This document shows positions 53,131-64,000 of a stretch of 64,000 nucleotides of DNA, piece after piece. This DNA comes from Octopus sinensis (lineage: Eukaryota): positions 68,076,001-68,140,000 of the forward strand of contig NC_042997.1 in assembly GCF_006345805.1 (NCBI RefSeq), in the 5' to 3' direction. How positions within the stretch are numbered: the first letter of the stretch is position 1; each line of letters starts with the position of its first letter. The notes under the pieces were generated by a model that saw only the letters and a list, made by a program, of their open reading frames with translations, was not told where the DNA came from and did no database searches. Position numbers and translations under genes: made by a program.

Positions 53131-53817
53131 CACTATAATGTATTTATATGTGTAAACCTGCCTTGCGTCGGCTTTGAAAATTGAAGTGTTTCTCAAGTAA
53201 ATAAACGTGTCACACTAGTACTGTCTAGACGTGTAGTAATGCAGTGAGTCTAGTGAATTTGTGCTTGCACTGTGTTATTTTGTATTGATATATTTCTATC
53301 TGAAGTATTTATAACTTGTGTACTTCTTGCCTGACCACTACTGCTGGTGTCGGATATGTGCTTTGTTGACGTTATTCGTTTATTTGGGAGAATAAGGCAA
53401 AACTGTCATAGAAAGTCACAATGTTATGCTAGAAATATTTTGACAATTCTTTATACCCCCCTTCGTTTTTGTATTCTTTACTATTAAGACTGTTTATTAT
53501 TTTTTTCGTTAAAGGTTGGTCCATTGTATGGCATTTGGCTTCGTTCCCACCACCACGCAGTACCATTATGTCACTAACTTTTGTATGCAGTCATCTCTTT
53601 GTTCTCTTCTTCACGACATTCTGACTTCGCCTTCTCCGTCTCCATCTTCATTTTCCTCTATACCAAACACTTCATAAGTTATTTTTCTAAATAAATACAA
53701 AGAAAAATTTTCAAAAAGCACTGCAAACATATAACAGGTATTTGCAGTTAAAAACATCATGATTGCGCACACATGATACTCAAACAATCTCCCTTTCTAT
53801 TTCCTTCTTTCTCTGTT

Positions 53818-53864
<47 letters not shown>

Positions 53865-54199
53865 CACATTACACACACAAAAACATATGTATTAGTGTGT
53901 GTATATGTGTATGTGTACATAAATGCATGTACTTAAATACATGTACATAAATACATACATACATACATACATACATACGTACATACATGTATATATGTAT
54001 GTACGTATATGTATATATGTATATGTATGTATGTATGCATATATCTTCTATATATATGAAATACGTTGTCTGTGTATGTGTCCTCTATGCACGGTCAAAC
54101 CTCTGGATCAATCTGTACCATACTTGGGGTACATGAATAATTTGATCTTGGAAATAATAATACGGTCTTGATTTATTTTTTTATTAAAAATATATAATA

Positions 54200-54400
54200 T
54201 CTATATATATAAAACTCAACTTGTGTGTCTATGTGTGTATCTGTGTGTGTGTCTGTGTGTTTAACTTCCCGGCACATCTCCTCCTAGCCAACAAATCGTA
54301 GAACCACCAAAAATGGGTCACGAATGAAAATTGAACTACGCTATTTCTGTTCCGAAATTCATCTCGCAAGTGCAAAAATCGATAATGTGTTTGTTTAGGC
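54200..54400 (+). mobile_element. Possible Helitron 5' end
   Basis: a|tctatatatataaaactcaacttgtgtgtc resembles the start at 26922; no 3' CTAG/hairpin end found. Confidence 0.35.
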
Positions 54401-55385
54401 CTTATCCCATGCATTGAATAGTGAACTTTACTTAGTCAGCTGAGATCCCAATTGGTTTTGTTGACAGCAGCATTACGTGGAGCTAAGATGGCTCGCTTCC
54501 AGAGCCATTGACTGTTAAAGTTTTGTGCAATATTTGGGAGCACATGCATTACGAGATCATTGACAGTTGGTACCATCTCACCACAGGCTTTCTGCCCCAC
54601 CTGAATTTGGATGACTGTAACTTTCAGAAAAATTGATATTTGTTAATGAAATTTCCTACGAATATGTATTATATCATGTAGGTTTCGAATATACAAAATT
54701 CTTGAGGAAAAAGGTTTTATGAGGGGTTGGGGAGGGTTTTTTCAGAAAATTCACCAGAGTCCACTTCAATTCGTCTTAACTTTCAGGAAAATGAATATTT
54801 TTAAATGAAATTGTCTACATATATACCTCGGACAATGTAAATTCCAAACATATAGGATTTTGGGTGGAAACAATTGGGAGTTATTTTTGCGAATTGTTCC
54901 CCACTGGGGTGTGTATCGGAATAAGTCGTCCATATTTGTTTCAGTTTTTCCGTTTTGTGCGTTTGTGCATCCGTATGTAACCATTAATCTTAGTCGTAAA
55001 ATTTCGGGGAAAAAAAGGAAAAGTCAAGGAGGGGTATATCAAAAGGTGTAAGAGTAGATTTTTTTGCATATTCAGAATCTCTGTTGGAGACAAGGTTGGA
55101 ATCCGTAGAAAAAAGCAGCACAAAGGGGTGGCATGCTTATTCTCAGTGTCCTCACACACACACACAATGAAAAGTGTTCAAACGGGGAATATATCACATA
55201 TGTATATAGAGGCATACACACACATATAAGCATATAGATGCACAAATATATACATATACATACACACTATATACACATTCATATACATGTACAAATTACA
55301 TACATATGTAAATAAACACGATCGCGTGTGTATCGTTGGCGATTTTTTTCCTCCGTCTTCCCTTCCGTGGATCTTTCCTTTTCCT

Positions 55386-55422
55386 ATGTTTCTGACGAAG
55401 AGCCCCGCTCGAAACGTTACAT
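55386..55422 (+). ncRNA. Minimal type I hammerhead motif with intact core in a PLE pLTR remnant
   Basis: atgttt CTGACGA A GAGC ccc GCTC GAAAC GTT acat; stem I is weak. Confidence 0.6.
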
Positions 55423-56299
55423 CCTCCTTCTTTCTTTCCTTTCCTGAGCGTCCAATAACACTATACTTTTTCCATGTACATACTCATACATACATATATA
55501 TGTACAGACACACACACACATATATACATACATATCATACGTATACACATAAAAGCATATATATACAAACGTAGATACACATAGAGGTATACATAAATAT
55601 GCAGATATAGATACAAACACGCACAACCGCGCTATAACATATATGTGTATATATACCAGTATTGAAAATATATACTTAATTGCAAGAGGGAATAACTAAT
55701 AACATATGCAAGTATTTGGTGATGTAGATATGTTGGGAGGTGGGGGGAGAAAAAAGGAGTACATATACATAGGCATATAAGGGTATACATATAAGCAGAA
55801 AATTATATTTAAACTCAAATACAAATACATTGTTATACAAAATATCTACATGCAGAAGATGGTGCATACAATACCCATATACAACTGCATATAGATATAT
55901 GTATATATACACACATAATGATTGTATATACTCACATGTATGCATGTACAGACGCACATGCATATGTAAGAACATAGACAGCACACATACACGCATACGC
56001 ATATGTGCAAAAACATAAGAGTAATTAAGAAAATAGACAAGCGTATGAAGAAAAAGTATAGAGAGACATAGTGTGCTTAATGACCCTATTTATATAGAAG
56101 ATCCTACAGTTATCATAAAGTAAATATTAAAATAAAGTATATAAAGGGAATTTATGTTATAGTAATACAATGGGGATAGGATAAGGTTCAATATTGAGTA
56201 ATAAGGGGGATTATAATGTGATTTTAAAAAATTATCAAACTAAGAAATAAGGTAGTAAATAGTTATTTTAGATTAATGAATAGGAATTTTGTTATGTGT

Positions 56300-57600
56300 T
56301 TACTTGAAAAACCTTTTAATCCCTCGTATTAACTAGGTTTCCATTCATTCTCATTATATTATAGTTTTCTTCTAGACACAATCTGCAAATTTTGTTGTTA
56401 TTTCTGTAAGAAGGAGCCAAAGATAGAATTTTCCAGGAAATTGAGAAATTAATATTGTTTCTTATGAGGTGCCAAAATTTTTTTTTATAGTCCTGTACTG
56501 TTCTCTTTTCTATGGTGGATTCATCGTTCGAAATTCGCGATTTAACCCAGTTTTGCGTGCAACCTGTATATATAAATCTCGATGAGTCCTGCGTAATACT
56601 AGTTGCCTGGTATACGACGTCATTCTTTTTTACAATTTCTTTCTAATTTATAAGCATTAGGGTCTCTGAAATTGCAATTTGTATTTGTAGGTGGTGTAGT
56701 AGTGTTATATGTATATTTTGTGGAATTATAAAAGTTGTGGATATTGTTAGTATTGATATTGTTAAATGTTGGATTATACGGTTTTTTATTAATATAATTG
56801 GCGGTTCTAGGTTCAGTTTTAGTAATTTTGTTTTGATAGAATTGATCTAGTTTCTTATTGTTAAATGAAGATATTATCCTAAAAAGATTAAGAGAACCTG
56901 AAAATCCAAATATAATAATTTTATTATTAAATATTTTTGCATATTTAGTGTTTTTGAAGTTTTTATCAATAATCATTGTGATGGATCTAATAATGTTCGA
57001 TTTTAACAAAGGGAATTGTTATCCAAATAGTTTTCTCGTTTTCTGCTTTGGTAAAGAATTGGATTGTATAGAAAGAGTGATATCTTTTCATGCATGGTAT
57101 AGATTTCTTTTTTACTATGTTGTTCCTATCCTTATTAATTAGAGTATTATTGTAAAATGTCTTATTTTGATTATTCCTGTTTTTTTCTGTTTGTTGCCTT
57201 AATGTTCTTATTTTTATCTTTAATTATACAGCTTTGGTGTAGGTTTCCAGTATTTATAGGTTTGTTTACATTAGTATGGTTAGGAAGTTGGTAATTATTA
57301 AGATTTTGTTGGTAATTATTAAGATCTTAATTATTAAGATGGTAATTATTGAGATTATTCTATTTCTAAGTTTTATTTCTATTGTAGTGCTCGTAATACT
57401 TGGGTTTATTAAAATTATTATTATAATGATGATGGCCGTGTTTATTGTTGATGTTATGTTTATGAGTATTATCGGGAGTTTCCGTTATTTGTTTATTAGG
57501 ATATATTATTTCAATATATGTATTAGGTTCACTAATTTTAACTTTATTATTTTTGTAAGTATGCTTAATATGATTTATATCCTGCCTTCTTAAGTGCTAG
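56300..57600 (-). mobile_element. Penelope-like element fragment with C-terminal GIY-YIG, decayed
   Basis: IIDKNF...AKIFNNKII...NL..IISSFNNKKL...NCNFRDPNA..LE.NCKK.DVVYQAT; N-rich repeats at the 57280-57590 end. Confidence 0.6.
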
Positions 57601-57609
57601 ATTATAGTA

Positions 57610-57621
57610 GTCCTATATATA

Positions 57622-57659
<38 letters not shown>

Positions 57660-57895
57660 ACATAGATATATACATATATATAAATGTATACATATACATA
57701 CATATATACATATATGTAAGTATATATACATATCTATACATACATATATATACATATAAATATACATACATATACATATATATATATATAGACACATATA
57801 TATACATGTTTATGCATATATCTACAATATATACACATGTACATATATATATATATACATGTATATATATGTATCTACATGCATACATATACATG

Positions 57896-57928
<33 letters not shown>

Positions 57929-58020
57929 GTGTGTATATATATGCGTATATATACATATACATGTATATATATACACACATATATATATATGTATATATAC
58001 ATATATATCCATATGTATAT
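57610..58020. repeat. Compound TA/TACA/TG microsatellite
   Basis: Seen directly. Confidence 0.95.
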
Positions 58021-58950
58021 ATAAATTATGCAGAAAATGGGGAGATCTTGATCAACAACAATTGACTACCAATGATTATTATTTTTTAATACAAAACTTT
58101 ATCCCATCTAACAGCCGTTTCTGTTTCCAATGCCCCACAGCGCTGCCAAAGAAAATTCTGAAAACAATATTCGTCATATTCTATAGCACTTCCGATCTGG
58201 AACATGGAGTTTCCTCAGAGTGAAGAAAAGTACATAATATAAAAGAAAAGAAAAGAAAAAGAGCATCGAGAGTAGAAATAAAGGTTGAATATATTTGAAT
58301 CATACCATTTTGCAGTGTAACGCTTCAGTCCGTTGAATAAGTGACTAAACTAGGAAATTAATTGGTGGATTAATCTTTCTTTAGTGGTAACAGGATGTAT
58401 AAATAATAGAAAGTAAAATAATTACTTTAGTATAACGGGATACTCCAATAGGTCTAGAAAAAGAGGGAGAGATAGTGCCGTAACGTTTAGAAGTAATCAG
58501 AATAGTACTTGAGATTTCGTAAATAGTACTAATTAATATTTATCCAAATAATATGCCCATAAATTAATTACATTTATTTACTTACTGATATATTATAAAG
58601 GCCAACCACCTATCGTCCGTAATGGGATTGACCACAGTCCAGCCATCAATATAATTGGTTAGTTAAATTTAAAAACAAAGAGTAAGCCATTAAGACCGTT
58701 ATAGGGGTAGATGTAAATAAAGTAAATAAAAAGTAAAAGTATTGAAAAGTAGCATTTGTTATAAGTGACCCAACGCCGCTTATGACATTATAAATAAAAC
58801 AACCACACATGTAAACCAGCACCGTGCGAAAGAAGAAACTACGGTTAAGGGGGGACTATCGTTAAGAGGAGGTAATAGCTAGGCTATTGACCCTCAGTTA
58901 TATAATTATAATACTAAATCTTTCTTCTGAAATAGCCACCACAGTACTTG

Positions 58951-59402
58951 ACTCAAATCAAGAATTCACTGAGAATACAGTCGACAAATGAGCATTTAGA
59001 GGACCAATTGATACTAAGAACCACTATGTTAGAACCTGATATCAAAACGCTTTCTCAAAAAAAGCAAACTCAAAGAAGTCATTAATTTGAATAAAGAGTA
59101 AATACATGCCTAAAGGAACTATTTCAAAATTTATTATTCTCGGTGTTTATAAGCTTGACTTTCTTTTAAAAGATTATTATTGATTTACTTATTTAAAAAA
59201 AGTTCCTACTTAAGTAAAATATTTGAAAATGTCATATTTCCCATTTTTATTTACCTGTCTTTTTTTTATGACATTACTATTAAATCAGTTAGCGGCCTAA
59301 GCCTAGGGATACAATGGCAAAAAATATTTGCTCAATGCGGCCGCTATAAGGGGCGATGAATTGTAAGGTGGCCTTCATGAACAAAAACGTTTCCCACCCC
59401 TG
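58951..59402 (+). mobile_element. hAT transposon 3' fragment
   Basis: KNSLRIQSTNEHLEDQLILRTTMLEPDIKTLSQKKQTQRSH* (hAT C-terminal pattern), ending in the TIR-like ...cccacccctg. Confidence 0.65.
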
Positions 59403-59404
59403 GT

Positions 59405-59530
59405 CTTTACCGAGACTATGGATTGGGAATTTATCTAGAGTGATGGTCACACTCTAGATAATATTAGGAAACAACTAACCACCAGCTTTAGTCAATTAGG
59501 CCTTAAAATCGCTGTTGTTACCAATCTGTG
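59405..59530 (+). mobile_element. Small Penelope-like RT fragment
   Basis: LYRDYGLGI (YRDD-like), then DGHTLDNIRKQLTTSFSQLGLKI..VTNL. Confidence 0.5.
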
Positions 59531-59879
59531 TGCTGGAGTGGGGGTGAGAAGAAGTGCACGTGTTTTTATATATATATGTATGGGCGTGTGTATATATATT
59601 TTCATATATATCTTTTTATCGTATAAAATACAACAGTCACCTAAGGTCAATTTAGATGCCCGATTGAGGTTTTGTGTTTCGTTTTTGTTATGTCATCTAT
59701 GATGGGTTTATTGCTTTATCATTTTATTTAATGCATCTCATTTTGAGTGCACTGCATAGTATTTGATTCACTGTTTCTTTCCCGTGGTTTATTACAGATT
59801 TCACCTCTGTTTTCTGCTATGAGATTACTTTTATCAGTATGAACTATATTTTAATCGTTTCCTCTGTTGCTGTTTTCCA

Positions 59880-60240
59880 ATGCTCGTCTTTTCAAAGCTT
59901 CGACCTCTACTTTTGTGAACCAACGATGTTTTCTTAATGCTCTACCTTGATCACATAGTCTCTGTGCCGTGAATTGAAACAATCTTCTTTCTCTCCATTG
60001 ATCATACAAACGTTGTCAGTATCCCCTAATATGAACACCATTTTCGTCTACAGGGTTGCTCGGGTAGTAACACTCCATTACAACAGCATTGACTTGTTTG
60101 TTCCATCTACGCCGTGTGTGCTGGTCCCTTGCTGGATAAGGACAGCTGGAGTCGGACCAATATCTCTGAGCCTGCCGGATGCAAAACTGTCACCATCAAG
60201 GGCTTCAGTTTCATTATCACCGTTATTCACCATATTTTTG
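59880..60240 (-). mobile_element. R4/Dong-type ORF N-terminal fragment
   Basis: ECYYPSNPVDENGVHIRGY*QRLYDQWRERRLFQFTAQRLCDQGRALRKHRWFTKVE. Confidence 0.6.
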
Positions 60241-60410
60241 TTTTTTCATTGACACTCATATGAAGTAGCAATAATCAGACGTTTCATTAATCAGAACATG
60301 GGGAAATTCCATCTGCTTCGTTCCATTATTATCATTACTGATATTATTTTGATTTTTTTTACTATTTGTCATTGTTAATATTTCCTCTGATCCGACATGA
60401 GTTTTGGCTA

Positions 60411-60554
<144 letters not shown>

Positions 60555-61105
60555 GCCCTGATGTAGTACCAGGTAGTTGCTATCGTGGCTTCAGATCTTA
60601 ACTGACTGGAGGTGTTATCATGTACATTGTTTTGTCTTGGTATAAAAGATTTGCTACAGCAAATATTCTGCTCAATACCACAGATTTGCTTGGCACTTGT
60701 TTGACTTTAACCAGTTGACCATGTCCCTTAGTGGCTGACGATATGTGCATCTCTGATCACGAGCAGAAGCAATGGGGGAGCATCATAGTGTGTTGAGAGG
60801 GATTCTTTGGAGTTTGAATAATTCACCTCTGGAAACATGGGTGTTACGTTCAACATCTTTAAACAACCCTTATTCAGGGACCTTTTGAGCGGGATGGGTT
60901 ACTCGACCACAAGAAAATTCTAACTGGGCCCTACCTGCAAGGTTATGCGCTGTTTATCTTGATATGAGATCACCATGTCGCGCACATATGGTTGTGATTT
61001 ATGTGCCTGGTGTACTCTTATCAGACGGGTACTCATGATGGGTATACTGGGCTACGTATATTTTACCCCATGTCACTTTGATGGCATGCACTGCTTTCAC
61101 ACTCA
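60555..61105. mobile_element. Unclassified ~550 bp non-coding element flanked by (AAT)n on both sides
   Basis: Mixed-composition, ORF-free block with sharp junctions to (AAT)n at both ends; no TIRs seen. Confidence 0.45.
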
Positions 61106-62400
<1,295 letters not shown>

Positions 62401-63094
62401 GCCCGCGTGTATGTATGCGTGAACTCGTATACGCACACATATAAATGGCGCATAAATAAGTAATAAAATGGCAAGAATTATATCTATGTACACACACACT
62501 GACACATACACACTGACACACACGCACAAACAAATAAACATACACTAACACATACAACCACGTGCGTTACATATATGCGTACGCATATCTACACATATCC
62601 ACAAATATGTTTAGACAGACAAGCGCACGCAAAGGTACAAATAAATGGCAATGTCGGAAAGCGGAAGGAAATCATTTCCTTTGCTATATATTATGCCTGT
62701 CCATGCATAAATATGTGACATGTATTTACCTAATTTTCTATACGTTTTTTTCCTACCATTTAGCTGTCTGTCTGTCTGTTTGTCTGTCCGTCTGTCTGTA
62801 TATCTATATGTACATGTATACACATACTGATACAAACACTCCAATTCGAGCCGAGAGATACATTTCCCTCGAATGTCTATCATTATGGGAGTGTGCGTGT
62901 ATGTATGTATGTATGTATGCATGTATGTATGTAGTATGTATGTATGTATGTAGTATGTATGTATGTATGTATGTATATATATATGTGTGTGTGTGTGTGT
63001 GTATGTGTGTGAGAGCGTACGTGTTTGTGTATGTGTGTGTGTGTGAATATATTCATACACACCTTTGTATATATGATATGTATATCAATGCATA

Positions 63095-63515
63095 TTTAAC
63101 ACTCGTTTTTTTCGATTTTTGCCTTCAAAACATCTTCATCCAATTTTCAAGGTCTTCCACTGCGACTTTCATCTTCCACGCTTAACTCTTCAGCATTAAA
63201 TTTTGCAAACCACTTCAAACATTTGATTCACCTACAGCATCATCACCATAAACTTCACAAATGGTTTTGAAAATCTTTGCAGCATTTTCTCTTTTTTAAA
63301 AAGCGAAAAGCATTAAAAAGCGAATATGAAATTTATGGTTATCAATTTCAAAAGTCAATAAAGGATGAGAGATAAATCTATTTTTAGTTAGGTACAAAGA
63401 AGAGATGCACAGCCACTTCAAGCAACGCCAAAGTTTTAACTGTGTTATGTTTCAGGTGTGTTCGATGAAGCGTTAAAAGAAGTAGCTTAAAAACGCTCAG
63501 AACTTTCTGGATAAT
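63095..63515 (-). mobile_element. mariner transposase 5' fragment with terminus
   Basis: EIDNHKFHIRFLMLFAF..ENAAK.FKTICEVYGDDAVGE...VEDESRSGRP across frameshifts; terminus-like ta-ttatccagaaagt. Confidence 0.7.
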
Positions 63516-64000
63516 ATATATATATATATTTCGGTGCCAATGGTTTTTATATGGTGACGTGTTTACAATCCTGTAAATAATAATAATGACATTTTTATAT
63601 AAGCTTAAAGCTTATGGCGATCACTGTGTGATGACTAAGGAAAATAGTCTAATAAAGGGGCATATAAGCCCTCGACAGAAAAAAGAAGGCTTTCTTATCC
63701 GTGTGCGAGTCGATCCCACATCCATATATATATATAAATGTGTGTGTGCGTGTGCGTGTGTGCTTGGAAAGCAGCATGGCCGAATGATTCAAAAGTTTGT
63801 AAGTGAAACTGGGGAAACAGAATCTATATTGAATTTTTTTTACATAGACTGTGCCTAGAATGCAAGTGCTCAGTTTCTAACCTCTGTGACATGCTGACTC
63901 TGTTTGTGAATTAAGTTAAGAGTATACCACTTACCTCAGGAATACTCAAGCACTTGCGCGCTAATTCAATACAGCTGATTATTCATCGTCAAAACCGACG

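Overview
AT-rich, repeat-saturated eukaryotic genomic DNA, inferred to be from a coleoid cephalopod (Octopus-like tRNA-derived SINEs, very dense microsatellites). Most short ORFs in the track are microsatellite artefacts. The window holds decayed mobile elements: Tx1/L1, R4/Dong, RTE and CR1 non-LTR retrotransposons, three kinds of Penelope-like element (one with an N-terminal GIY-YIG, Naiad-type), mariner DD34D, maT DD37D, DD41D and hAT fragments, a non-autonomous Helitron, MITEs and at least three SINE families. Main result: a 1.7-copy tandem of a ~490 bp non-coding unit (49917-50747). It carries two identical, complete type I hammerhead ribozymes on the minus strand, 492 nt apart, which is the architecture of a circRNA-producing non-LTR retrozyme, and the ribozyme fold is unusual. 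Other notable items are a Tx1 LINE and an ORF1-only relative both attached to (TATC)n, five minimal hammerhead motifs with an extra core A, a PHD finger inside an RTE reverse transcriptase, a pre-miRNA-like hairpin, and a candidate three-exon host gene whose third exon could pair with an intronic inverted copy (possible ADAR substrate). All calls come from manual reading; no searches or folding were run.
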